DNA from: Octopus vulgaris | Lineage: Eukaryota | Assembly (NCBI GenBank): GCA_951406725.2 | Contig: OX597817.1 | Location: 72,974,001-73,038,000, forward strand | Direction of reading: 5' to 3' | Length of the DNA stretch: 64,000 nt | Part shown: positions 26,621 to 40,684 of the stretch, piece after piece | How the letters are laid out: the number at the start of each line of letters is the position of its first letter | How positions within the stretch are numbered: the first letter of the stretch is position 1 | Translations under genes and position numbers: made by a program | Notes under the pieces: generated by a model | The model's input: only the letters and a program-made list of their open reading frames with translations | Told to the model about the DNA's origin: nothing | The model's database searches: none

Positions 26621-29600
26621 GAAGGATAAGATGGCATACTTACACAGCCCCTACACAGTTTCTCAACCTGCCAGAAAGAGAGCTTAAATTTTCTTCATAT
26701 CATACTTTATTGTCTTAAAAGGAAAGATGCATTCTATTGCAAACATTTGGACCGGGTTTATTCCTTCCTTTGCCCAGCCAGACACTGAGAGCCTGCAAAA
26801 ATGGTCATGGGCAATTTCTGTTCATTGACTCCATAAAAAAATATCAGCAACAATTATCAATCCCATATTTACCAACTTCCTAAAACTGCATCTTTCAAGG
26901 CAGCTAAACGGAAAAAGAAAAAAAATTAAATGCCCTTAAAACTGTATGATACAATAAAACATCAAGCCTTGACATGATTACTTAACTTGTTAAAGATAAC
27001 AGCCAACTTCCCCATCCATTGAAGGCACAATCCAATTGATAGGCTTTCATACAATCTGTATTACAAGGCTCGAGTTAATATTGGCTATGGGAGAAGACAC
27101 TGCACAGTAGGATCAAGCTTGTACAATATGAACCTGATATATATAACATACATTACAAAGAGCAAATATGACATGCATTACAAAACGTTATTTCCCACTT
27201 GTGTGCATGTGTATACATATGATTACTAGATATAAGGTTCACAGGCTATTTTCCTCTATGCTTCTACTGTTGACTCATGAAGTGAAAGCAGTGCTGATTT
27301 CTCATCTAGATTGACTGACCTAAGTGGGTTAATGTAGTTTCTGCCACAATGCAATATAATAACGTGTAATACCTGTAGGTTATAACCCCAAATGCTAAGC
27401 TACTGCACTTTTCCAGTAGTGATAATTAAAATATTCTTGGTGCAATGAAAATTATGTCAATTCTACTTGAAATCATCATGTTTAAACAAATAGATTAACA
27501 GTATCTATTCATATTTCATTAATTAATTTCAAGAATAAATTATATTTAATGAAAATGTATGCTTGTCAGTATAGATGAATGTGTTCACATACACACAGTA
27601 TTACACATGTAAGTATTATCAAAAACATATTTGTTATGAATTGCTTACACTTCATTTAGATAAGGCAATCTACTTTAAGATTAATTAATCTTCAATATTT
27701 GAGAGATAAAGAAAGAGGTATATATATATATATAGATGGATAGATAGATACATACATACATAGATAGATACATACATACATAGATAGATAGACAGAGAGA
27801 GAAATAGAGAGCTATCTTTACATCGGAATGACATCACTTGGAGACAAACAAGACAAGATAGAGAAATTAATAGTGGAAACAGGAAAAGAAAGGAGAACAA
27901 AATCTGTACATGTTATAGGCAATCTGATAAACTGAATTTAAATCAGCAATACGCTGACAGAGTTGAGTTGCTACAAGTCCCAATCATGCATTTTTAATTC
28001 ATCCCATTGACTTTCTCATCATAATATCTTCCCCAGATTGAGTGGGTAAAATGTCTTTGACAATATGATTTGATTTTAATGTGTGCAATATGGCTGAATT
28101 TATATATATTTTGAGACGAGACATTGTATAAATGCTATCAACATTAATGGTTAATAAATGCTGTTTTTGCAAGTCACATATGTGTGCGCACACACACACA
28201 CACCAAAGTATATATTTAAAAACATTTTGCGAATACCAATTTAGATGTGAATATATATAAAACTGTAGAATACAAATTGACAGTCTATGCACATCTATTT
28301 CAAATATTAGCCTGTAAACACAGTTTCTATTAAAATAGCCAATTATCTATAAGAAGATATTTATAATTACTAATTAACAACTATTACATTTACTTTTTGG
28401 TTTACTTCTAAATTAATTTAACCCAAGCTATATACAATATGGACATGGGATATTGTACAATATTCCATATAGGTTGGTTTAAAACATGCAAAATAGTAGT
28501 AGCGCAAATTTCAGGAAAAATATTTAGAAAAGAGAAGAGAGAGATAGATTGGTTAAGGAAGTTTGAATCAATGTCACAAAATCTAATTTATAGAGGTTTA
28601 ACTTTTGAATTATAAGTGCATGGAAACAAGGTTAGATAGTGAAATGAAGTTCTGTACACCCAGTAAAATAGGATGATGATAATAAAGGAGATAAAGATGA
28701 TGGCAATAATAATGAATGCAACAATAATGAAACAAAATATCACCAAACTGATTTACTTTCAGCTACTCTTTTATGGACATATCATAGTCAAATGGTTAAG
28801 AAGTTCACTTTGCAATCAATGGTTCGTAGGTTCAATGACACTGCATGATATTTTGGGTAAGTAACTTTTACCACAACCTCAGGTTTATTCAAACTTTCTG
28901 ATGAAATTGGGATGGGTTTATCTGTGTGGAAGCTTGTTGGATGGATTGTACTTGAAATTTTTAAGTCCAACCATGCCACACTGATTCTGTTTAGGAATCA
29001 CATAAAGTCTACTAGTATGTTGAATATTCTCCCACCTATATGCTAATAAAATGGAAAAGCAATTCATTGATTGAACAACTGTTCCACTTGTTGACATGCA
29101 GCTCCTCAACAAGAAACTGGTTCTGCTCTGGCCACTATCACATACTTTTACCCAAATTTTGCCTCTCATCTCCTAGCATATAGTTATCCTTTCAGAGTTC
29201 CTAGTCATGCAAACTTCATGACAACCTCACTATGCTGGTGACAGAAAAAAAAGCACCTGGTACATACTATACAGTGGTTGGCATTAGGGAGAGCATCTAG
29301 CCATAGAAACCATGCCAAAGTAGACACTAGAACATGACAACTTGAGATCACAAAACAGCAACACCAAATACTGCTGCTTTTGGTGGTCAAATTGCAGTAC
29401 CTACTGTGTCAGTGATAGGACACAACCACTGATACCATGCGCTGTTTTGTATGGTATTTACACCAAATGGGTCATTCACATTGTCTTACATACATATTAG
29501 CTTACAACATGAAACTCAGTTTTTGTTGACTATTTTTGTTAAAGCAAAGCTCTCAGAAATTCACTTAAGGATCACCTGGTAAAGGCCACCTCCTCCCATG

Positions 29601-29629
29601 CCACCCCACAAAGGATCTTTGTTTTGTGA

Positions 29630-30043
29630 GTTACTTGGTGACCCCCACCAGTACTGGTGCCATGTAAAAAGCACCCCATCCACACTATAAAGTGGTTGGT
29701 ATTTGGAAGGGCATCCAGCTATAAAAACTATGCCAAAACAGATCCCACTGGTTTTGGTGCCATATAAAAAGAATCCAGTTCACTCTGTAAGGTGGTTGGC
29801 ATTAGGAAGGGCATCTAGCTGTAAAAACTGTGTAAAACAGACCTCATTGATGCTAGTACTGTGTAAAAAGCACTCAATCAATCCATTCTGTAAAGTGGTT
29901 GAGATTAAGAAGACCATCCAGTTATAAAAAAACCCATACCAAAACTGTCAGTGAAGCCTGGTATAGTCTTCTGGATTGCCAACTCCAGTCAAACCATCCA
30001 AGTCATGTCAGCATAGAAAACAGAAGTTTAAATGATGATGATG
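29630..30043 (+). mobile_element. RTE-type 3' UTR with a ~100-bp internal unit repeated three times
   Basis: Three copies of AAAAAG(C/A)A..CT(A/G)TAA(A/G)GTGGTTG..GAAG(G/A)(G/C)CATC(C/T)AG..AAAAC, followed by a (TGA)n tail. Confidence 0.75.
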
Positions 30044-33000
30044 TGTAAAACCAAATTTGATCAACATGATCTATGATCAAAGGCATGTACTTTGAATTAC
30101 ATAATCCAATATATACTTTTTTTCCCAAAGCTGATTGTGCAATTATTCTTGAAGTGAAATTTGTGATAGGGAAAGGAAAGTAAAGTTAATTTTCATTTTT
30201 AAATAGAAAGAAAAGAGCACATTTATTTCTACTTCATATATGTGTGTTTGAAGAGTGGAGACTGTTTAAAATTTATGATAATGATAACGACAAGCACAAC
30301 AAACGTAAAAAGTGAAGTTATTAGCTTAATGCTCAATGAAAGATTTGAAGAGAAAGTACCTTTGACATTTGAAACTGAATTTCTGTTTTAGAAAGTTAAA
30401 TGCAAGAAAGAAGTAGTGGAAGGATATATATATATAAAATCATATGAACAAAATTTAGAGTACCTTTTTCTGTTATTTCAAATTTTCATTTGTTCTATTT
30501 CAAAATTTTTGATAAAATTTAATCAACTTTTCAGAAATGAATAAGTAAATGAAACAAACAACAAAAACATATCTTTATCTTCTAAGAAGCCTGCATTAAA
30601 AGTTTCATATTTTATTCCATTCTATACTACACACACACACACAGTGAAAGAGGCTAAACAATAAGAGGGCAAGATATTAAACACGCAATGGCTGCATGCA
30701 TGATAATGTAATAATGCGTAACAGGGTATTAATATAGCTAGTAGCCAGAATATTAATTTCTGTGTAAAAAAATATAGAACAAAACAATAGTAGTAACCTT
30801 TCATCTAAAACTGTTACATCAGGCAAGCACTTACATGGTCATGAATGAACTATTAACTAACTTTGTTCCTGATTCAAAATTTATGTAATAAGCATGTATT
30901 ATGTGAAAGGATATTTTAGACAGAAATACACAGACATAAATGTACAACTTCATTCACTTCATAAACGAAACTAAATTGACTAATTACATCACTATATATT
31001 TGCATCATACACAGATGGGCATATGTACACTCGTGTATATACACATATATGTCCTGCATGAAGTTGATAGTGGTTTTTGTATTTTAAAATTACTACCAAC
31101 ATTATATTAACTAAAATCTATCATCAAAAGAGTGCATTAAATACATAGTAGAATACATTTCTCAAAAGACATTGTCAGATAATTATAAAACACTTGAACA
31201 CAATTACATGGAGCATGTATATGAAATAAAAAAAAGCTTGTGCATGGATAAGATCTAAGCTCATATTGGCTTGCAGAACACCACACAGCCTTAAATAGCC
31301 ATATGTAAAAATCATTGGGGAGGAAGATACCAATGCTACAAATGGTTGTAGATCAAAGATTATATAAGCTTGATCTACCTTTGTCTTTACAAGTTGTTTT
31401 CACTATGGCTAAAGAGCACAGGACTAGCTATCACTCTATAAATTTACAGCATGCTTATTCCATATTTTGAGCTTTTCTTAAGTTCCCATGCACCATTGCT
31501 AAATAGTTGCTGACCCAACTTAGGGTTCATCTGTCAATTAACAGGCCTTGATTTTGACCTGTTGCATTTCTCCTCATCAAGCACCCATGCTGGTGAGATG
31601 TAGAAGACACCCAGTACACTCTATGAAGAAAAAGTGATAGCAAGTGTGTCTAAGCAATTCCACAGTGGGCCCCACCACCTATATGGTCAAGTATGTCTAG
31701 CCACTATTAGTTGAACAGTCTCAAACAAGGGTTTCCTAGCTAAGAGTGCCTTCACTGACATCCACCCAACTACACACTCTGTAAAGCAATTTCTAAGTTT
31801 AGAAGCATGCATTCCCAAGGTTGTTTACACAGCATGTACATTCATAAAACCAATTTACCATCATTCATAACCAATTTTAAATAATAAAAATGGTGAAGAG
31901 AATTTGAAAAGTCATTAAATTACCAATTTTTATGACACATGCATATATACATTCAATATTTATCACTTGAAATGTTGGTACATTATAATTTAGCACTAAT
32001 AAAAACTGAAATTGATTCAATTTATGAATGCATACATAGCAAAATCTACTTTTAAATTTATTTTACTAAACTCCGAGGTTAACAAATTGGCATAATCTTC
32101 CAGTAAGTTCCTCTCTATTTCTTTTAAAATAAATTGCCTTTTCATTATGTAATACCTGAATAAAGACTAAATATTATAGTGCTGTAACTTTCAAATAAAA
32201 CTAGTTCATTTGTAATTTATTAATAAAAGAACAGCACGTCATCAGGTACAGTATATTCAGTTAATAAATAATAAGTACAGTCAGACATGCAATGACATGC
32301 ACACATATACATACATAACTACCAAATTGATGTTGCTCAAATTCCAAAGAAAGAGCCTCATTTCTGGATTGGAAATTGCCCCATTCTTTATTGGTGGGAA
32401 ATTTCAAAAAATAAAACCAAAAGAACATACATAGATATATAGATTTGGTAATACAAACAATGTACATTTGCAAATCAACAACCAAGGGGAAGAATAAAAG
32501 AAATATATGAATTTTGATTTATCTCATACCCAGCGGCTCAAGTTTCAACTAGTGGCCATCCTCCAGTGAAAGAGCCAAGAAATATTATAGTTTTGAAATA
32601 TTAAATATATCAGTAAAAAAAATAAGAACCATAAGTGAAGAAATTCTGAAAAATTTCTCCACTTTCTACATATATTCTAGATGGGGGGAAAGCTGCCAAA
32701 TTATGAAAATGATTTCTGCTATGTCTGTGCCTTTATGACTGGCTTTGGCAGCTTGCCAGCATCATGGAGGCATGGATTGTATACAACTAACTACTTAAAA
32801 ATTTAAACATCTAAACTCTTTTCAACTCCTAAACCCTTCTCTTGACTCCTAGCCATTTTTTTAACCCCCTGCACAGTTCTATCAAATGCCACTTTGGGAA
32901 ACCCTGGTCTAGCCCAATAGTTTGCATCAATTCCTAACTTAGTGGCCAGCTGCCTCAAACAACCACTATACTCATCTGTTCCTTTCGCTAATCTGCCCCA

Positions 33001-34390
33001 AACTGTGATACCGTCATATAATAATTCTGCTTGTCATTACATTACTTAGCCCATTGGTAAAGCTTCCACATGATTAGAAAAATAAAGGGAGAAAGAAAAG
33101 AGAGAGAGAGAGAGAAGCATGAGGTAAGGGAATGTAATTGTAACACTTTCACATGATTAGTTGAAGGGAAAGAGAGGAGAAAGAAAAAGAGGATAAGATG
33201 AAGACTGAGACAGAAAGAGGGACAAAGAAAAAGAGGGTGAGATAAAGGTAAAGAGAAGCATCCATGACATGAAGTAGGGGGAACATAATATTTATTATGT
33301 GGTTAAAAAAGTTAGTTAAAAGTAATGTTATGGAGGAGAGTTAAAAATATAGTTTTAGCAGAGGGGTGATATTCTGATGGTGAGGTTAAAGAAGAGCAGG
33401 GAGAGAGAGAGGTGGTGGTGGAAATGGAGGTGTTGGAGATGGTGGTGGTGGTGTTGGTGCTGAGTGCATAGTGAAAAGTGAAATTTTTTAAAATTGAACT
33501 AAGTTTTTTATATCACCTATCACTTAACATGTGTGCACAAGTGCAATTCTGTGAAATATTCACACTTATTTACATGGTAGATATATGCAATTTAACTAAA
33601 GGTTGTATCATATGTATGGGATATTTTTTTTTGTTTATGGGGAAAATGAAAAAATGTTTATTTTATGAGTGCTGTATATTTAAGTCTATAAAATTGTATA
33701 TATAAAGTGCATTAAGTAATCGTTGTAACCATCATTTCTTTCACTTTTCAATAAGTAACAGACAAGCCACTATCTTTCCATACAGACACAATACAGGCTA
33801 TGCTTTCAGGATTTTGGGATAAAGTTTTCAAAAAAAAAACCCAATAGGTTTACCATTAATTCTGTGAAATATTCATGGGTCCCACTAGTTCTGATAAAAC
33901 AAGTATCACACAAGTACATCACATAGAGACAGCTTCAAAGCTTAACTAAAGGCAACCAGTCAAGGATGCTAGGCAATCCCAAATGCACTCAAGTAAAGGT
34001 AACTCAAACAAATCCAAAAATTTCAGAAAAGAGTTCTTGTTTTAACTGCATAAAGATGTGAACTCTGGAAGCCACAGTAAAGCAACCCTGTATCAAAAAG
34101 TGATACAATGCAGAAGGATCACTTCAGTTCCAAAATGTTACCTCTCTAATGCTAATAGCATACACTCAGAACAAGCTGTAAAGTAGTAGGTGATAAGAAG
34201 GGAGCATCGCACCAATAAAACCATGGTTCACAAATTCACAAACAATAAACATGTTAGTGCTGTGCCCAACTGTGGAGTGGTTAGGTGTGAACACCTCTTG
34301 TGCTATCAACTGAATGCACAATTTGATTGTTAGCATCAAATAATTGCATTAATCAGGCAAACACACAAGTCAGATAGACTTCATACTCAC

Positions 34391-34500
34391 CAGAAAGTAA
34401 GAGTGAGAAATACTGTGAATATTAAGTCCTTCCTTGGGAAACATCGTACCCCTCAATACAGACTACTGATTACTGATAACACAATAAGAGTTACTTGAAC
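34391..34500 (-). other. Strong candidate exon (110 nt) of the - strand transcript
   Basis: Acceptor TTGTTTTGTTTCTCTAG and donor CTG|GTGAGT. All three frames contain a stop. An internal ATG opens MFPKEGLNIHSISHSYFL into a phase-0 donor. Confidence 0.6.
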
Positions 34501-35529
34501 CTAGAGAAACAAAACAATCTAATAAAAATGAAATTAAGACAATTTCTTGAAATTTTTTCACCTTTACTTTGAGAGTCATTAGCAATGGTTGCTACAGTTT
34601 TGTTTTCTTTGTCTAACTAAGAGGGAAATTTCAATAAATTTTGAATTTTTTGTGTAGAATATTCAGTTTAACAACCTCTATCTTAAATAATTCTATAAAT
34701 ACTGACTAAGAAGAGTGGAAATCACAGTGTAAAATGTAAGTGTAATCTCACTCCACGTCACTTTCACTCAAAAAATAAATCCCACTACACTAAAGTGATG
34801 TACACATAGTAGTATAAAAGATTGAATTTCAATTCCAGTTTAAAAACAAAGTTGATTAACATCATATCCAATTAAAATTTAAATTGTTTCCTAAAACACG
34901 CCAAATTTCTTTAATAATTCTTAATACAAATAAGGCACTCCAGAACTACCAGTAGGTTTTGAGATAATATTACACTGACCCAGTCTGGAAAATGCTGGCT
35001 ACAATGTAAATGGATTCTCTGTTGGGTTGTGACAATGAATGTTCCAATTGTTCTGAATTACAACACATGTGGCTGTGTATTCCATAAATACTTATACTCT
35101 TAATGTAATTCTCACACAGAATCAGTGTGACAAGGTTGGTCCTTTGGCAAACAAGTATGATTGAACCCAAGTTCACTCAGAATTATTAATTTGATGAGGC
35201 TATGGTAAAAAGAAAAACATTTGGCCAAGATGCTACCTAATGGAATTAGATCTCTGATCTTAACCACTCAGCCCTCACTATGTCTAGACTAGCCAGTATA
35301 AAGCTTGACAAACTGGCAGTCAAGTAACCTATTTGAATAAGTTGCTGAGAAATGACTAAACTGTTGTTTTTGTTTAACTCCAATCATTTCTCATTCAGTA
35401 GAACTCGGATTCCTTACACAGCTTATGGGTGCAGCAAACTGTCTTCACCAGGACTTCTCACATTATTTTTGCACCCTATTGTTTTAGCCATTTTTATACC
35501 AAGCTACCTGAGAGCATGTCAGGTTTATC

Positions 35530-36115
35530 ATCTACTTGCTTCAGTCAGCCACTGGACTGTGGCTATCCTGGGGCATCACCTTTAACTTTTTAGGATTTAA
35601 ATTAAGCATATCCAGCCCTAAAATTATATCTGCTTCATGTTCAAATGAGCCAGGTCTGGCATTTCATCCTACCATATAATATAATTCTAAAAATAAGCAA
35701 TCACAACATCAAAGTTTTGAAGTTATGAGATAATGCACGATTAATTCAAAACAATGTGAATAAGTATTACATTAGACAGAATAATCTGAGTACTAAAGGG
35801 TAAGGGTTTTAGTCACATGAATTGACTCCAGTACGTTTTTTTTTAAAGTTTATAGCTATTCTATCAATCTCTTTTTGCCAAACAGCTAAGTTATGGAGAT
35901 GTAAACAAACCAACAATGGTTGTCAAGCAGTGGAAGAACAAACACACACATATTTATGATGGGTTTCCATACAGTTTCTATTCATTAAATTCACTCACAA
36001 GGCTTTTAGTCAACCTGAGGCTATAGAAGACACTTGTTAAGGTGCCATACAGTGGGACAGAACTAAAAACCACATGGTTGAAAAGTGAGCTTCTTAACCA
36101 CATAGCCGTAACTGC
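35530..36115 (-). mobile_element. tRNA/CORE-like SINE interrupted by a piggyBac-like MITE (~35582-35803)
   Basis: SINE sequence GGCATCACCT|TTAA.. resumes at ..TAA|GGGTTTTAGTC after an insert homologous to 8583-8788. Confidence 0.75.
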
Positions 36116-36279
36116 AAAAACAACAAAAGTCTACTTTAAAGAAGTTGCATCAAAATGAAATCTATCACAATTTTATTCTAGAAACCATTTTTGACATATG
36201 TTCAAATACCAAATTAACAATTATTACTAATTTAAACAGAAGGCCAGTAATTTTGAAGAGAGAGAGTGTAGTTGATATC

Positions 36280-36715
36280 ATCAATCCCAATATTTGACAG
36301 ATAATCCCACCTCCCCACCCCACCAAGCCCCAAAGACTGAAAGACAAAGTTAATCTCAGTAGAAGGTGATCTGAGAATGTAAAAAGCTGAAAGAAATCTC
36401 ACAAGGTATTTGTCAATACTCTAACAGATATGTTACTCCATCACCTCTAAAAATACCACACTTAATAGATGAAGTTAATTTAGTAAATCCCTAAGGTGGT
36501 GAGTGAGCAGAATAAATAGCATACTGGACAAAATGCTTAGTGGCATTTCTTCTAGTGCTCTACATTCTGAGTTCAAATTCCACCAAGGCCAACTTCGCTT
36601 ATCATCCTTTCCAGGTTGATAAAATAAGTATCAGTCAAATACTGGGATTGATATAAATGGCTTGCCCCACCCCCATATCAAAATTGCTGGCCTTGTGCCA
36701 AAGTTAGAAAGAATT
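36280..36715. mobile_element. Inverted head-to-head pair of tRNA-derived SINEs
   Basis: A degenerate - strand copy at about 36280-36447 and a + strand copy at about 36492-36715. Confidence 0.65.
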
Positions 36716-39700
36716 TAATAAATCCCTGTCAATTCTTGATTATTCTGAAAATTAATTAAAAAGTAAAAAACATAAGTTAAATATTTCATTAGAGAAATGG
36801 TAATGAAAGGACATAATGGATAATGAAGTCCTAAACACAACCTTAAAAGAACTGGGTAGTCACTACAGGAATGCCTATGAATGTAATTCAGCTCAATAAG
36901 GGTTGACTTGGAGCTAAACAACAACAAAACACATGTCATTTGAAATGAGCAGATAGTTTCCAGTGGCTATTAACAAATTTAATCTCATTCCCAATATTTG
37001 CCAGCATGGATTTTATTTTATGACTGCAGGCCTATTATCAATTACCTGATGCTGAAGCATTAGAATATTACATGACTGTTTTCTTTCATTTTTTTTTTTC
37101 TTATACAAAGTCAATAATTAGAACGGAAAGAATTTTTTTTTTTTGCTTTTTAAATCAATAAAATTTTTCTAAAGACTTTTGCTAATCATTTTCATAAATA
37201 TTTCAACAACGCTTTTGATAAGTATATCAAGGAAGCTATTGCAAATCAGAAATTAATTAAAGGCAGGAAGTAAGATCATCAGAAGTGCACCAAGCTTGGA
37301 AATTTGACAAATTAGCCGCTCAAAACAATAAATAAAGTTATAAAGAGATACAGATAAGTCAAAGGAGATAGAACTTCTTACTTAGAGTTTAAAGGAATCC
37401 TGTAGCTATCAACATTCATTATATCTACCATTTAATAACTACTTCCTTCACCATATCACATAGGTTAAACTGTTTACATCTTCTGCAGGTGTTTTGTTAT
37501 AACTGGGGAGAGCATTTGAATCCTTTCTATATCAGTTTGCCTGAAACTGACTCTGGTTCTGTGATACAAAACCACCTGTTTTTAAAGTGTTTATATCTAA
37601 ATTAAACAATTTTCCATCATAATTTTGAGAAAGAAACATTCATCATGTTCCAAACATCAGCTCAATAATGAAAACATTAAGTATGTTACTAAACCATTCA
37701 AATTCTTGATTATTTTCATTTATTTTAAATGAAAATATTAGGGATAGTATATTCTGTTATCTTTAAGGCATTTGATTTATAGAATCACTATGATATTAGA
37801 GAAATGCCTTATGATATTTGTTCCAGATCTTTGCACTCTGAGTTCACATTTTGCCAATGTCAACTTTGCTTTCTATCCTTCTATGATTGGTAAGTTAATA
37901 AAAATAAAGTACCAGTCATGTACTGAAGTTAACTCCTCTTCATTTTCTCTCAGAATCATCTGATCTTAGTTATTGTCATTCAAGTGAGGATACCAGCCAG
38001 TCCAAGCCTGAATAAATAAGGAGTAAATAATCTCTCTCCTTGAGGTAAGAAAAAAAGAAAAAAAAAACCCTTACTAGAGAAATAATCCAAAGAGGAACCA
38101 ACAAAAAAATATTTTTGTCTATCAGAGGCAGATATGGTGAACATGGATGGACTGATACGTAGGAAAACTAAGAACTGAGAGGAATAATACATATCATTAG
38201 AAAATGGTCACAAAAAGGTTCGTTCAGAGTTTCTCAGTTCACCTAAATTAAGAGAATGCTGTCTATGTTAAAAAGAGTATCTTATCAAAAGATTAACCTC
38301 ACAACAGAATCTAAAACTAATTATTGATTTCCTACCTTGTTGAGCCAATGTGGCAGCTTCTACATGATTTTTGCATCTGCTAAAAATACTAGCCAAATAC
38401 AGCTTATATTATACCCTACCTTCTTCAAAAAGAGAAGGCCGTAATGGAATAAATGTAGTCTTAGATATACTGTGTCTGAAAAAAAATGGGATGATCAATG
38501 GGTGGAATGCTTTGATCATAGTTCCACTGGATCAGAGTTGAACAATAACAACCTTATCAAGTTTATGTCTAAGTGTTTTGAAGATCCTAGAAGTTATATT
38601 AGACATCATCACTACTTTTTACAGAGCTAACCAGACAAATAAATGTTCAGCTCATCAGTTAATAAAAACACATGGTGAAGGATAAAATAGCATTAGTCAA
38701 TGATTAATATTATTTTCATTTTTCTGACAAGTACAAGAGACAACTCAAAAATTGTTCTTATTCTGACCTAATCAGTGAAGAACAGCTTTCATATTTATAG
38801 TGAATGACAATTGAATTACTAATTAAATGTACAAAATTGTATAAATGAGAGTGTAGGGAAATATAATTGTTTGGAAATTAATTGGTTCTTCAGTTTGTGT
38901 GTTAAGCCTGGGAACCATCAACTGCAAACAACAAATTCTGTTGTAGCAACTGTAAAAATAAAGCAACGTTCTCTGTTCACTTACTGCAGTCATATTCATT
39001 TTCTCATAGTCACATTTCATTCATACACTACTTGATGGCTTTATTTAAAGTCCATTAATTACACTTGAGCACATTGTTAAAGAGTTTAGTTAAAAACTAA
39101 GACAATTTTTTTTTTATACTACACAACTATTGTTTTTGGAAACATTGATACTACTTGAGCCATTAGATTCATAAAATCAATGTAACAGATATTCTCAAGA
39201 CTGTTACAGACATTGTTAATACTTCCTATTATTACATTGGTTTTACATATTGACAAATTTCTGAATTTTTCTTAAGGAATAGGTAGGAAAACCCTGATAA
39301 TTCCTTAGTGAGATTTGATATTTAAAATATAATTTAGTTACAACAGATTTTCTTTCCTGAAACCTGTTTGTCTAGCCAATGCAAGAATGATAAATCAGAT
39401 ATGAAAATTATATTCATAAAAAAAGACTTTGTTATAGCTTTCATCAAGTTTATTAGCATTATGTTTTATTTCAGATCCAGTGTTATATGTGAAGGGAAAG
39501 AAATTAAGAGATTAATTTAACAAAATTAAAATTTTACTGTAAATTTAATCAAGATAACTGCTTTCATATCAATCCCAAGTGACCCTGTTACGATGTCAAT
39601 GCCTCTATTCTTTTATTAGCTTCATTCATCTGGCTAAGCAATGCTGAGTCACCACCTTAAAAAATCAAAATTCTTTAGGTTTAGAAAAAAAAAAGCCAAT

Positions 39701-40649
39701 TAGCTCTTCATTATTACTGTTTACTTATAGAGTTAATACTCTGTGAAGAATTAACAACAAATAAATAAATAGAAAATAAGTGTTAGAAGGTTGAGGGAAT
39801 AAACTTGTAGAAGCAACACCTTAACATTCAGGGTGATGTTTTCATTTTTTGCTGGAAAGTGCAGCCTTGTTTACACATGCCGAAGTAAAACAACTGTTCA
39901 GTTCATTCATTTTCTATCTAATACTTATTGTATATAATCTGATGTGAATACCTTTACGGCTGGGTCTATTTGATTACATCCAATACTTAATTACACATTA
40001 CACCTGTTATATTGCACAGATATCAATATCAAAAATAGAATTGATTTAGTATCTGCAGCCTTTGGTCTCCCTAATTGGTATGTTTTGAAACAAGAGAACA
40101 TCTCATTACATACTATATTCTGCATTTATTGATTATCTGTACTGCCTGCGATGTTATACAGTAGCAAATCATAGACATTTCTCTAGAATAACTTTGATAT
40201 GTTGGAAATGTTTCAAATGGGATGCCTTTGCCAAATCCTTGGAGTAACCAATTTCAGGAATTTGTTTATGCCAATTAATTAACACTGTAATAGCCACGTG
40301 AATTAAATGGATCTTTTAAGGTAATAATACTTGTACAATGTTGACCCAAAGAATGGAAAGACCACAAAAGAATAAAAAGACCTGGTATAAAATGATCCCA
40401 AAAGATCTGGAGAGACTAAACATAACTATTAACAATGAACATTAAAATTACATATATATAGGCGCAGGCATGGCTGTGTGGTAAGAAGCTTGCTATAGGT
40501 GCAGGTGTGGTTATAAGCTTGCTTCCGAACCACATGGTTCCAGGTTCAGTCCCACTATGTGGCACCTTGGGCAAATGTCTTCTGTTATAGCCACAGCCAA
40601 CCAATGCCTTGTGAGTGGATTTGATAGACAGAAACTGAAAGAAGCCTGT

Positions 40650-40684
<35 letters not shown>

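Noticed and set aside
31728-32906. Possible hAT element ending in TGGGAAACCCTG
   Set aside because: The left TIR is poor, no adjacent matching TSD was found and there is no transposase motif.
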